Shown here piece after piece: positions 52,136 through 62,153 of a stretch of 64,000 bases of DNA (position 1 is its first letter; each line of letters begins with the position of its first letter). A program made the position numbers and the translations under genes. Below the pieces are notes generated by a model. That model was not told the origin of the DNA. It saw only the letters and a program-made list of their open reading frames with translations, and ran no database searches. The DNA comes from Turneriella sp. (lineage in GTDB: Bacteria > Spirochaetota > Leptospiria > Turneriellales > Turneriellaceae). The stretch is taken from NCBI GenBank assembly GCA_965279515.1, contig CBDIID010000003.1:3680001-3744000 (forward strand), written 5' to 3'.

Positions 52136-53980
52136 TTATTCTAATTTACTCAGATCCCTGACGGCGCCTTTATCGGCGCTCGTTGCCAAAAGTGCATATG
52201 CTTTGAGCGATGCCGTTACTTTGCGTGGCCGGGCTTCTGCCGGTTTCCATGCCGCTTTGCCCCTGGCGTTTTCTGCAGCGCGCCGTGCATCGAGTTCCGC
52301 ATCCGTGAGCTTTACATTGATGGTGCGGTTGGGAATATCGATATGGATGATATCGCCATTGCGCACAAGGCCAATGGCACCGCCCGCCGCCGCTTCGGGT
52401 GAAACATGGCCGATCGAAAGACCTGAAGTTCCGCCAGAGAAGCGGCCATCAGTTAAGAGTGCGCAGGCTTTGCCTAAGCCCCGTGATTTAAGATAGCTCG
52501 TCGGGTAGAGCATCTCTTGCATACCTGGGCCGCCTTTGGGGCCTTCGTAGCGAATGACGACGACCTCGCCTTCTTTTACCTTGCCTTGCAAAATATGGTG
52601 AACCGCCTGGTCCTGGCTTTCGACCACATGAGCCGGGCCTTCGAATACCCAGCAGCTCTCGTCGACGCCGGATGTTTTTACGACACAGCCGTCGATGGCG
52701 ATGTTGCCCTTGAGTACTGCCAGGCCGCCTTCTTTGCTGTAGGCATGTTCGACGGAACGGATGCAACCTTCAGCGCGGTCTGCATCGAGCGTCGGCCAGC
52801 GGGTTGCCTGGCTGAATGCAACTTGTGTCGGAATTCCCGCCGGGCCCGCTTTATAGAAAGTTGCTACGGCATCTGACGCGGTAACGGTGACGTCCCATTT
52901 ATCGAGTGCCTCTTGAAAAGTTTTGCTGTGAACCGTCGGTAACTGGTTATGGAGCAAACCGCCGCGATTCAGTTCAGCGAGAATTCCCATGACGCCGCCG
53001 GCGCGGTGTACATCTTCCATATGGTATTTCGGTGTGTTCGGCGCCACTTTGCAAAGCTGCGGCACCTTGCGGCTTAAGCGGTCGATATCCTGCATCGTGA
53101 AAGGCACCTCGCCTTCCTGAGCCGCGGCCAGTAAATGCAAAATGGTATTGGTCGAGCCACCCATTGCAATATCCAGCGCCATGGCATTTTCAAAAGCCTG
53201 GAAGGATGCAATCGAGCGCGGTAATACGCTCTCATCATTATTTTCGTAGTAGCGCTTGGTTATTTCTACAATCAGGCGACCTGCTTCGAGAAACAGTTGC
53301 TCGCGGTCGGCGTGGGTTGCCAGTACCGAACCGTTGCCGGGCAAGCTCAACCCCAACGCCTCGGTTAAGCAGTTCATCGAGTTTGCGGTAAACATGCCCG
53401 AGCAAGAGCCGCACGTGGGGCAGGCGGAGCGCTCGTAGGCATCGACTTTTTCATCGCTGGCATTTTGGTCCGTTCCAATCACGATTGCATCCACAAGATC
53501 CAGCTTGTGTTCTGAGAGTTTGGTTTTACCGGCTTCCATCGGCCCGCCGGAAACGAACACGACGGGAATGTTCAAACGCATTGCCGCCATCAGCATTCCG
53601 GGTGTAATCTTATCACAGTTGGATATGCAAACGATTGCATCAGCACAGTGCGCATTGACCATGTATTCGACAGAGTCGGCAATAATGTCACGGCTCGGCA
53701 GGCTATAGAGCATGCCGTCATGCCCCATGGCGATACCGTCATCTACAGCGATGGTATTGAACTCTTTAGCTACTCCGCCGACTTTCTCAATTTCACGCGC
53801 TACCAGTTGGCCAAGATCTTTCAAATGCACATGCCCTGGCACAAACTGGGTAAATGAATTCGCTATGGCAATAATAGGCTTATTGAAGTCATCATCTTTC
53901 ATACCGGTGGCGCGCCAGAGGGCACGGGCACCAGCCATGTTCCTGCCAGAGGTTGTAGTTTTAGAGCGATATACAGGCAT
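52136..53980 (-). CDS. ilvD: Dihydroxy-acid dehydratase
   Basis: [48 protein letters not shown]. Confidence 0.98.
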   Translation of the reverse strand: MPVYRSKTTTSGRNMAGARALWRATGMKDDDFNKPIIAIANSFTQFVPGHVHLKDLGQLVAREIEKVGGVAKEFNTIAVDDGIAMGHDGMLYSLPSRDIIADSVEYMVNAHCADAIVCISNCDKITPGMLMAAMRLNIPVVFVSGGPMEAGKTKLSEHKLDLVDAIVIGTDQNASDEKVDAYERSACPTCGSCSGMFTANSMNCLTEALGLSLPGNGSVLATHADREQLFLEAGRLIVEITKRYYENNDESVLPRSIASFQAFENAMALDIAMGGSTNTILHLLAAAQEGEVPFTMQDIDRLSRKVPQLCKVAPNTPKYHMEDVHRAGGVMGILAELNRGGLLHNQLPTVHSKTFQEALDKWDVTVTASDAVATFYKAGPAGIPTQVAFSQATRWPTLDADRAEGCIRSVEHAYSKEGGLAVLKGNIAIDGCVVKTSGVDESCWVFEGPAHVVESQDQAVHHILQGKVKEGEVVVIRYEGPKGGPGMQEMLYPTSYLKSRGLGKACALLTDGRFSGGTSGLSIGHVSPEAAAGGAIGLVRNGDIIHIDIPNRTINVKLTDAELDARRAAENARGKAAWKPAEARPRKVTASLKAYALLATSADKGAVRDLSKLE

Positions 53981-54335
53981 AGATTTTCTCAGAAAAGACA
54001 GACGAAGGAAAAAAATGAGACACCCGGCAAAGCAGAAAGGCCTCGCAGAGCATCTGGATAAGTTAATTCATCCATTTGGCGCGTAGTTTGAGGTCAGAGC
54101 TTCTTTTACAGAAAAATTAACTTTTGTCAGTCTTTGAATCCATAAAAAAAATACCCATTTTGTCCGTCGCGAATAATCAGGGTTTCGCATTTCTCAGCAT
54201 GTCCTGTGGTGCCTGGCTACTCACCAGCGCATCTCTGCGCTGTATTTTAGCAATCTCTATCCATGGCATATCTGAGCTTCGTGCAGTGCCGGAAGCTCAT
54301 TGTTCAGAGAAAGAATCGTTTATTGCAATTTAAGG

Positions 54336-54365
54336 GAAAAGTGTTACTTATGTCGTGATAGTACC
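54336..54365. mobile_element. Solitary IS481 terminal repeat
   Basis: gaaaagtgttacttatgtcgtgatagtacc matches IS end 61808-61837 at 28/30. Confidence 0.85.
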
Positions 54366-54377
54366 CATCTTAATGGC

Positions 54378-54594
54378 GGCCAACGTGGATTTTACGCTGA
54401 CGTTTTTTGACGCTTGTGTCATTTATTCAATCTGTAAAGCCGATTTGCGTCAAAAAATGTGGTCGTAGCGGCTCGCGGCGACGCGCGAAAACACACCTCC
54501 CGGTGTGCGCGTCGTCCGCGATCTTTGCCGCGGAGACCCGAGCACGCGAGGAGCTACTGCACCGCAGCGGCGCAGCGCGTAAAATTTGTTGTCT
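54378..54594 (-). repeat. attC-like site A (217 bp)
   Basis: ggccAAC gtggattttacgctg ... cagcgcgtaaaattt GTTgtct. Confidence 0.85.
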
Positions 54595-54778
54595 GAAGTA
54601 ATTGCGCCTGTGAGCCCGGGCAAGGAGGCCCGGGCGAATAAAGGATAAGAGATTTTTCCATAAGAGGCCATCGGTTATCTTAACTTGCTACTTTTTGAAG
54701 TTAAACAGACTTTACACCTCGGATATCGTAGTTTTTGATGATTCTCTCGGTATAATTTCTTAGATAAGAATTGAATCC

Positions 54779-55255
54779 ATGGAAATTCCGGTTTTTCTGC
54801 CACTACCGAAAGGCATCACAGGTTTTTCGAACGCAGGCGAGCCTTTCGTAGGCTCTTTGGATAACAAATTCGTAAAATCCCTTGCCTTCTCCATAGATTA
54901 CTCCCAGCATTATAAGCTCTTTGATTTCAAGATGCCTCAGATCAGTGCTAATTATTTCAGGTTAACAATAGAGGATGGTCGGACAAATGATGTTTTCTCA
55001 ATTCTTATCAATGCTCACTATCCTTTTTATGCAGCTGTTACCAAGGAAAGTCAATGGATGAACTTGGTATTTATTGAAGCGCCAACTGCGATTCAAAATC
55101 TTTTCGCACCTCATTTTCAGTATCTTAGTCCCAAAGATTTGGGTCAAATTGTGCAGCCTGAACAGCTTATTTTATTAGGGGAATCAGAGCTGCAGCAAAT
55201 TACCAGTTGGAAGTCGGAACGCATTGGCGACATTGTTTTTAATGGATATGATTAA
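54779..55255 (+). CDS. Cassette 1 hypothetical protein (inverted)
   Basis: 158-aa AT-rich ORF between sites A and B. Confidence 0.75.
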   Translation: MEIPVFLPLPKGITGFSNAGEPFVGSLDNKFVKSLAFSIDYSQHYKLFDFKMPQISANYFRLTIEDGRTNDVFSILINAHYPFYAAVTKESQWMNLVFIEAPTAIQNLFAPHFQYLSPKDLGQIVQPEQLILLGESELQQITSWKSERIGDIVFNGYD

Positions 55256-55318
55256 TCGGCCAATGCCGGTCATAGCGTCGGCATGGATGCCGACGGGATA
55301 CAAAGGCGCAATTATTTC

Positions 55319-55537
55319 AGACAACGTGGAAAATACCCGAATTGCGCCCCCGCGGGTGTAAAGTGTAAATAATCACGGCTTTATGTGACTTTCGCGGGAG
55401 CGCATTTGCCCGAAGCGCCTCGCGGCAAAGCACAGAACAAGCGTCCCGCTTGTGCTTTGTCCGCGATCTTTGGCGCGCAGGGCCGAGCACGCGAGCCAAC
55501 GAAGTGCTCGCGGCGCAGCGGGTATTTTTTGTTAGCC
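55319..55537 (-). repeat. attC-like site B (219 bp)
   Basis: agacAAC gtggaaaatacccg ... cgggtatttttt GTTagcc. Confidence 0.85.
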
Positions 55538-55724
55538 GCCGTTACCGGATTCGCGCGGCTGGCGAGCAACCCGAAGGTCAGCGAGATACTGTAGTTCGAT
55601 ATTATTAGTAACCGAGGAGTTGTCGCCAGGATCAAAGGCGTAAGCAGCGAAATCTGGTTGTACTCTCTGATAACAAATCCTCTTTTTCTCCCCTTCGGGC
55701 GCGAAGGAGGTAATGGTGGCTAAC
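55531..55724. other. Cassette 2, 194 bp, no canonical gene
   Basis: Bounded by gttagccgccgttacc / ggtaatggtggctaac. Confidence 0.75.
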
Positions 55725-55934
55725 GTGGAAAATACCCGAATTGCGCCCGCGCGGGTGTAAAGTGTAAATAATCACGGTTTTATGCGACTTTCGTGGGAGC
55801 GCATTTGCCCGTAGCGCCTCGCGAGCCCGCCAATGCAGGCCCACTGGCCTGCGGGCGTAGCGATCTTCGGCGCGTAGGGCCGAGCACGCGACCCAGCGTA
55901 GCGGTCGCGGCGCAGCGGGTATTTTTTGTTAGCC
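55718..55934 (-). repeat. attC-like site C (217 bp)
   Basis: ggctAAC gtggaaaatacccg ... cgggtatttttt GTTagcc. Confidence 0.85.
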
Positions 55935-56121
55935 GCCGTTACCGGATTCGCGCGGCTGGCGAACAACCCGAAGGTCAGCTATATACTGTATTTCGATCTT
56001 ATTAGTCACCGAGGAGTTGTCGCCAGGATCAAAGGCGTAAGCAGCGAAATCTGGCTGTATTTTCTGATAAAAAATCCTCTTTTTCTCCCCTTCGGGCGCG
56101 AAGGAGGTAATGGTGGCTAAC
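55928..56121. other. Cassette 3, 194-bp paralogue of cassette 2
   Basis: Same length, 10 substitutions by manual alignment, no indels. Confidence 0.75.
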
Positions 56122-56331
56122 GTGGATTTTACGCTGACGTTTTTTGACGCTTGTGTCTTTTATTCATTCTGTAAAGCCGATTTGCGTCAAAAAATGTGGT
56201 CGTAGCGGCTCGCGGCGGCGCGCGAAAACACACCTCCCGGTGTGCGCGTCGTCCGCGATCTTTGCCGCGCAGACCCGAGCACGCGAGGAGCTACGGCACC
56301 GCAGCGGCGCAGCGCGTAAAATTTGTTGTCT
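56115..56331 (-). repeat. attC-like site D (217 bp, type A)
   Basis: Near-identical to sites A and H. Confidence 0.85.
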
Positions 56332-56545
56332 GACGTAGTTGCGCCTGTGAGCCCGGCATGGAGGCCGGGCGACTGCAGAAGAAGGCTGCCCAAAAAAATT
56401 CTGTTTGTCCCATGAAGAACAGGATTCACGCCTGAGACGGACAGTTGCTTCATTAGTTAAACGCGGCGCCAATTTCTTGGATGCTAAATGAACTAGTATC
56501 TCACCGCTTTCGGAAATATGTCATGCCGTTTTTTTGGCATAGGGA

Positions 56546-57085
56546 ATGGCAGTAATTCGTACAGTAAGGGCCATGGAAAGTAGAGTTAGAGTATTCTACA
56601 TCCGAAAAATGGCGATGAGGACATTTTTTATATATAGCCTCATCATTGCCTCGCGGCAAATCAGCGCTACTGGGGAGGGGATCGCTGGTATTACAACCGT
56701 TAATGCCGGTATAGAATTTCACACAGGCAAGTTAGGTCCGGTACCAACGGTCGGTCTGCTGGCGGGTTTCTACTCAATTGTCAGCGCGCACGTACATGCA
56801 AATTTATCCTACCGCCCCGCTGACGAAACTTGGCATACACGAGGTGGGTTTGGATTCGGCATTTTGAATTTCTTACTAAATCTGGACCTGACGTACCAAG
56901 CCGGTAATCAATCCTCCGCCGGATTTCTCTTTGGGGGATCCCTTTTTTGGGGGCTTCAGAGATTACATGATTTGCAAACTTTAGTCGAGGTGTTTTATGG
57001 CTATCAAACTAATTTTGCGGCAAGTACCGAGAATAGCTTGATCGGCGGTTTAAAAATTCATCTGAACCTTGGAAAGAAAATTTGA
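56546..57085 (+). CDS. Cassette 4 exported beta-strand-rich protein (inverted)
   Basis: Amphipathic strands; true start probably at MAMRTFF. Confidence 0.55.
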   Translation: MAVIRTVRAMESRVRVFYIRKMAMRTFFIYSLIIASRQISATGEGIAGITTVNAGIEFHTGKLGPVPTVGLLAGFYSIVSAHVHANLSYRPADETWHTRGGFGFGILNFLLNLDLTYQAGNQSSAGFLFGGSLFWGLQRLHDLQTLVEVFYGYQTNFAASTENSLIGGLKIHLNLGKKI

Positions 57086-57198
57086 TAACCATCCCGTGGG
57101 TTGATAATAGTTTCAACTAAACCGTGGCGAATAGCAATTTCTTAGATGTCAAAATTGATCTTTCGTGCACCTAGCAGCGTCTAATACAAAACAACACT

Positions 57199-57456
57199 AT
57201 GCGAAAATTCATAACGCCGCTATGTCTCATCTGTAGTATCGCCTTACTCGGCGACCTTGCTCACGCAAAACAAAGCAAGGGTGGATTGTGGGCTGGGCCT
57301 GAGACCTTACCGCCGGATCCTAAAAGGAAAAAGCCCGGAGAAGAATGCAAAGCCTCCGATGAATGCCAGCTCCATCATGAATGCAAGCAACAAGGCGATA
57401 AGGGTGTCTGCACCCCACCGCCGCCCTCAAGAATTCCACCCGGTGCCGTAACGTAG
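57199..57456 (+). CDS. Cassette 4 small secreted Cys-rich protein
   Basis: Signal peptide; C-x5-C-x5-C-x8-C, Pro-rich tail. Confidence 0.6.
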   Translation: MRKFITPLCLICSIALLGDLAHAKQSKGGLWAGPETLPPDPKRKKPGEECKASDECQLHHECKQQGDKGVCTPPPPSRIPPGAVT

Positions 57457-57988
57457 CCCGCCGGGCAGCGCGGCCCGGATATTCGCGATAGCATCGCCGG
57501 GATTCTCAAAAAACGTGCGCGTCACGCCATGGATTCGGGTATTGAGGCAAGTAGCGAAGCTATAAAAAACTGCTTCGAAAGCGTTTCTTTGTATGACATG
57601 CTGCCGACCCGGATTTATCACCGGGCCCGCGATGACGCTTGTTTCGGGCTGAAACAGTTTTTTTCTGCGCCGCCTACCGGTTTTGGGCGAAGGTTTCAAA
57701 AGCAGTTCTCTAACTTGCGGTTTCTGCCACCTGATTACGGCGGGTACGCGGGCAGGTTAGCAGACAAGCAGACCTTTCAGGTCTATCTGCGTTCGGTTGG
57801 AATGAATACAGCCCTTTAAAGCCATAAATATCCATAAAGAGTCGTTTTTGCCCATGAAAACAGGATTTACGCCTGAAAAGGTCCGTAGCCTAATCGTCGA
57901 AATGAGTATCAATTTCTTAGATACTTGGTCGCATTTAGTAGCTGGCGCCCGCATGGACGCGGGCGGGAAAAAACAGCGCAACTATGTC

Positions 57989-58210
57989 AGACAACGTGGA
58001 ATTTACACGAGGTCGATGGTGCGTCGCACAATAAAATTAGGCTTACTTGAAAAGCCGAGTATTAAGCACCATCGATCTGCCGAAGACCGCTCGTTGCGCC
58101 TGACCAAACAAACGTCCCGTTTGTCAGGCGTCAACGATCTTTGCGGTCGAGGCCGAGCACGCGAGGAGCCACGGCACCGCAGCGAGCGCAGCGTGTAAGT
58201 TTTGTTGTGC
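57989..58210 (-). repeat. attC-like site E (222 bp)
   Basis: agacAAC gtggaatttacacg ... cgtgtaagtttt GTTgtgc. Confidence 0.85.
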
Positions 58211-58236
58211 GACGTTGCCCCGCTGGAAAAAAATGC

Positions 58237-58596
58237 TCAAGCGTTTGCCGGTAGAACGGCTAATGTCGGAGCAGAGTAAATTGAGATAAATATGGCGTCT
58301 TCCGAAAAATCATTTATCGCGCCATGGACTTCGTCTTGTTCAGCAACCGCTATTTGCCCGGCAGAAATTATTGATTTCATTTGATTGCCGCGGAAATAGG
58401 TTAGCTGACCTTTAACCACAAGCCATGTATCTTGGCCGTCGGGATGGGTATGTACGGGAACTTCTTGCCCCGCTTTAACGCCCCAAATCGCCAAACTATT
58501 GGTTTTCGTAGTAGAAATGACGGTTACCGTCGCCTTGTCCTCTGAAAACCGTACCAATGCGGCCGTATTAAACAATCTAATTGCTTCTTTGCTCAT
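58237..58596 (-). CDS. Cassette 5 cupin-domain protein
   Basis: VHTHPDGQDTW...EVHGAIN cupin motifs. Confidence 0.85.
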   Translation of the reverse strand: MSKEAIRLFNTAALVRFSEDKATVTVISTTKTNSLAIWGVKAGQEVPVHTHPDGQDTWLVVKGQLTYFRGNQMKSIISAGQIAVAEQDEVHGAINDFSEDAIFISIYSAPTLAVLPANA

Positions 58597-58668
58597 GTGC
58601 CATTCGTCGCGGATGAAAGCATAATCTTACGGCAAACGCGCACGGAAATATATTCCGGGGCAATGTTC

Positions 58669-58930
58669 GCACAACGCGGGTTTTACGAGATTTGCGCCTC
58701 GCGGGTGTAAAGTGCTTTCAACGTGGAATTTACCTGAGGTTGAATGACGCTTCGTTCAACTTTGTGTTTTGTAAGGCCATGTTGCGTCACTCAATCTGCC
58801 CGAAGCGCCTCGCGGCAAAGCACAAACCAAGCGTCCCGCTTGTGCTTTGTCCGCGATCTTCTGGCGCGTAGGGCCGAGCACGCGAGGAGCCACGGCACCG
58901 GAGCGGCGCAGCAGGTAAATTTTGTTGTAC
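58669..58930 (-). repeat. 47-bp site stub plus attC-like site F (58716-58930)
   Basis: gcacAAC + B/C-type arm, then tttcAAC gtggaatttacctg ... caggtaaatttt GTTgtac. Confidence 0.8.
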
Positions 58931-58938
58931 GACGTTGT

Positions 58939-59610
58939 CTATAGGGCGGCCCATGGTTCCTGAAGCTGATTAACTTTGATAAGCTCGGTAAATGCTTTGG
59001 TATAATCTTTGAAAAGGCCGTTATGAGGAAAATCTTGCAGACTCAGATGGAAGCCAGTACCTGATTTGTACGCCCATTTTCTCAGCTTATAGAATGCTTG
59101 GGCGGCCTTAAAATTATTGAGTATTTTTTGGAAAACAAAGTTCTTCGTTTCTTCCATATCAAACATATCTTCTGCAAATGCGAGTATGACAAAGGCAGAC
59201 AATGGTTGCTTTTCGGTTTTTGATGAAGAACTAGGATTTAGAAAGTTCCAATAGAAAATCGGCGGATTCTCAGTTTCTGAACAGGTTTCCCAATGCGGCG
59301 CCCAAAGTTCCAAATGGCCAAAGCGTGAGTTAGCTGGATTTTCAGGTTTCGCGGGGGTGCCATAGGCCCATTTCAGAATGGATTTCTCGCTCAAATTTAA
59401 ACGACCCAAACCTTTCACTTTGGAATATTGGCCGTTCTTTACATACTCATAGGCCCTGATACCAAATGTCTGCTTCTTCAAAAGTAAAAACTCGTTGATT
59501 GCCGCCGCCACCGGACTTATGGCACGATAGTGCCATGGCATATTGTCGCCAGTTCTAATGAATATCGAATAAGTGTGATAGCTTCGGGTCCAAAAATTAA
59601 TCATAGACAA
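58939..59610 (-). CDS. Cassette 6 hypothetical protein
   Basis: 223-aa ORF filling the cassette end to end. Confidence 0.8.
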   Translation of the reverse strand: MSMINFWTRSYHTYSIFIRTGDNMPWHYRAISPVAAAINEFLLLKKQTFGIRAYEYVKNGQYSKVKGLGRLNLSEKSILKWAYGTPAKPENPANSRFGHLELWAPHWETCSETENPPIFYWNFLNPSSSSKTEKQPLSAFVILAFAEDMFDMEETKNFVFQKILNNFKAAQAFYKLRKWAYKSGTGFHLSLQDFPHNGLFKDYTKAFTELIKVNQLQEPWAAL

Positions 59611-59614
59611 TGTC

Positions 59615-59829
59615 GTACAACGTGGAATTTACCTGAGGTTGAGTGACGCTTCGTTCAACTTTGTATTCTGTAAAGCCATTTTTGCGTCACTCAATCTGCC
59701 CGAAGCGCCTCGCGGCAAAGCACAAAACAAGCGTCCCGCTTGTGCTTTGTCCGCGATTTTTGGCGCGTAGGGCCGAGCACGCGAGGAGCTACGGCACCGC
59801 AGCGGCGCAGCAGGTAAATTTTGTTGGGC
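59615..59829 (-). repeat. attC-like site G (215 bp)
   Basis: gtacAAC gtggaatttacctg ... caggtaaatttt GTTgggc; near-identical to F. Confidence 0.85.
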
Positions 59830-59845
59830 GAAGTAGCCTTTTCGG

Positions 59846-60487
59846 TTAAAGAGCTTTGCCAACAATGTAAGTGTCAATATCTACCTCTAGATTGAGCTTT
59901 GCCATACGATTGATTGTCTGAATATCAAAATGAATACCCGCATTGGCGCTTAGTGCCTGATGTCTGCATATTGAAATTTCTACCTCTGCCATCTTCGTTA
60001 AAGACAGAATATTTTCAGCATCTTTTTCAATCTCGTCTAATACTTTGCTTAATAGCGGCTTTAAGTCATAAGCCTCACTGTCTACAAATTCATAGCTTAC
60101 CAGACTAAATGTACGAGCTTTTCCGGTCCTTGGTTGCAAATCACCCTTTGACCAACCATCATGAGGCTTGAGCTTCGTAAACTTCGCAAGTTCAGCATAA
60201 GTGTGATTTTCTGAGATTACGTTCAAAGAACACTTGTGGCCGTTTTCGATCATGATCCAGGAGATCTCCAAAGATTCTTTTCGAACAAACACGACAAAGA
60301 AGAATCGTTCATCTAAAACACGAAAATAGACCGCCACACGGTCGGCTTCAGTTTCTTCATCAACCCTCTCAACTTCATAACCCAAGTCACCTTCAACCAG
60401 CTCCATAACAGACAAATACTGTTCTGTAAGTGCAAATGTCGGGTTCTTAATTTCTTCTACTGCTTTCTGAATGTATTTTTCTGACAT
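59846..60487 (-). CDS. Cassette 7 DUF4279-like protein
   Basis: Acidic 213 aa; WSKGD and GIHFD...LNLEVDIDTY. Confidence 0.65.
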   Translation of the reverse strand: MSEKYIQKAVEEIKNPTFALTEQYLSVMELVEGDLGYEVERVDEETEADRVAVYFRVLDERFFFVVFVRKESLEISWIMIENGHKCSLNVISENHTYAELAKFTKLKPHDGWSKGDLQPRTGKARTFSLVSYEFVDSEAYDLKPLLSKVLDEIEKDAENILSLTKMAEVEISICRHQALSANAGIHFDIQTINRMAKLNLEVDIDTYIVGKAL

Positions 60488-60502
60488 AAAAAATATCTTA
60501 AG

Positions 60503-61837
60503 GGTACAATATCAGAACATCGGTAACGAAAAGTCATCACGACATCGGTAACAGTTCTGCCTCAGGCTTTGCCGTGGTTTCCTCCTGATTTGGTGTAAAC
60601 AAATAATTGTTCCGATCGATGTAGCCCAATAGCAGGCTACCGAAGTAGACGTCGATGCGCATGTCGGCGATAAACCGGAGCCCGATCGGGTAGCCGTTAA
60701 AAGAATTGCCGATAAATATCCGGTGCTGCTTGTAGTTGGTGTAACCGCGGTCATTTACGATGCGTACGATGCAATCCTCAGGGTAGGCGGGTAGTACGTC
60801 GCCAGTATACGGAATTTCAGATGGTAGGTAGAACTCTGATGGCGTCCTCATGCCCAGGGCTTCATGCGGTCGCACATTGTTGAAGTCTTCGCGCCACTGA
60901 TCAAACGAAATCTGGTGAAGCTTTAGATCACCGCGAATGCGCCCCTGCAGTTCCGTGCGGATGTCTCTGTGCATACGCTCATGGCCACCATTCTGGGCTG
61001 GCTTTCCCGGATCAATGCGGTCCAGAGAAATTCCCAAGGACAGCCACCAGACTGACAATTTTGTCAGGCCAAAGAGGCCCCACGATGATGCGAAAGGAGT
61101 TCCGTTGTCAGAGCGAATAATTTCCGGCAGACCATAGCGTTTGAAGAGTCTGGCAAAGTGTTGTTTTACATTGGAAATATTGCCCTTTTCCAGTATCTGT
61201 ATCGACAGGATGTACTTACTGTACTCATCGCGAACTGTCAGAGGTTCGCATTTCTCTGCATGTGCAGTATACCACCACCCCTTGAAATCAACCGTCCATA
61301 TGTGATTGGGATGCGTCGCCTTTTCGCGAAGCATCAGCCTCTCTCCGGTTCTGCGGCGCTTCTTTCCTCTTGGCCTTGTCAGACCAGAGCGCGCCAGAAG
61401 GCGATCGACTGTAGGCACTGAAATATCGCCTTTGCGCTCGGGGTAAAGCCTGCAGAAGACCGCATAGATCTTCTTGGCTCCCCAGCGAGGCCTGTTATTC
61501 TTTATGCGAATAATGTCGCAGATTGTTTCTTCGTCAGTGCGGTTCGGATTGCCTCCTGGTTTTCGTGACAACTCCGCCAATCCAGCTAAGCCTTTTTCCA
61601 GAAACCTTGCCTTCCACTTGTACCCTGTCTTGGTGCTGATGCCAAACTCGCGGCACAGCTCTGTGAAACTCTCTACGCCCTCCAGGGCGCGAAAGACAAA
61701 AGATCTTTTCTCTTCCATTTTGGTAACCTCTTTCCACGGCATTTGAGCCCCCTGCCGAAGGCAGGCAAAAGCTCTTTGCGAAGCAAAGTGTTACCGATGT
61801 CTTGATAGAAATGTGTTACCTATGTCGTGATAGTACC
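60503..61837 (-). mobile_element. IS481-family insertion sequence
   Basis: Ends GGTAC...GTACC with repeated acatcggtaac motifs; TAAG(G) on both flanks. Confidence 0.85.
60537..61742 (-). CDS. IS481-family transposase (rve DDE)
   Basis: MPWKE, HTH, WTVDFKG, IRSDNG, QNGGHER, NNVRPHEAL. Confidence 0.92.
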   Translation of the reverse strand: MPWKEVTKMEEKRSFVFRALEGVESFTELCREFGISTKTGYKWKARFLEKGLAGLAELSRKPGGNPNRTDEETICDIIRIKNNRPRWGAKKIYAVFCRLYPERKGDISVPTVDRLLARSGLTRPRGKKRRRTGERLMLREKATHPNHIWTVDFKGWWYTAHAEKCEPLTVRDEYSKYILSIQILEKGNISNVKQHFARLFKRYGLPEIIRSDNGTPFASSWGLFGLTKLSVWWLSLGISLDRIDPGKPAQNGGHERMHRDIRTELQGRIRGDLKLHQISFDQWREDFNNVRPHEALGMRTPSEFYLPSEIPYTGDVLPAYPEDCIVRIVNDRGYTNYKQHRIFIGNSFNGYPIGLRFIADMRIDVYFGSLLLGYIDRNNYLFTPNQEETTAKPEAELLPMS

Positions 61838-61849
61838 TAAGGCTATTTC

Positions 61850-62067
61850 GCCCAACGTGGATTTTAGGCTGACGTTTTTTGACGCTTGTGTCATTTATTC
61901 AATCTGTAAAGCCGATTTGCGTCAAAAAATGTGGTCGTAGCGGCTCGCGGCGACGCGCGAAAACACACCTCCCGGTGTGCGCGTCGTCCGCGATCTTTGT
62001 CGCGGAGACCCGAGCACGCGAGGAGCTACGGCACCGCAGCGAGCGCAGCGCGTAAAATTTGTTGTCT
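61850..62067 (-). repeat. attC-like site H (218 bp, type A)
   Basis: gcccAAC gtggattttaggctg ... cagcgcgtaaaattt GTTgtct. Confidence 0.85.
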
Positions 62068-62153
62068 GAAGTAATTGCGCCTGTGAGCGCGGCTAGGAGG
62101 GCCGCGCGAATTCTGAGTTTAATTGCCTATTACTGGTCATTTCGCGTCGGCAT

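Noticed and set aside
54001..54335. A MITE or second IS481 end pairing with the solitary terminal repeat
   Set aside because: No matching GGTAC/acatcggtaac end was found between ilvD and 54336.
57529..57819. 96-aa ORF in cassette 4
   Set aside because: No motif or clear RBS and competing ORFs on the other strand; not called.
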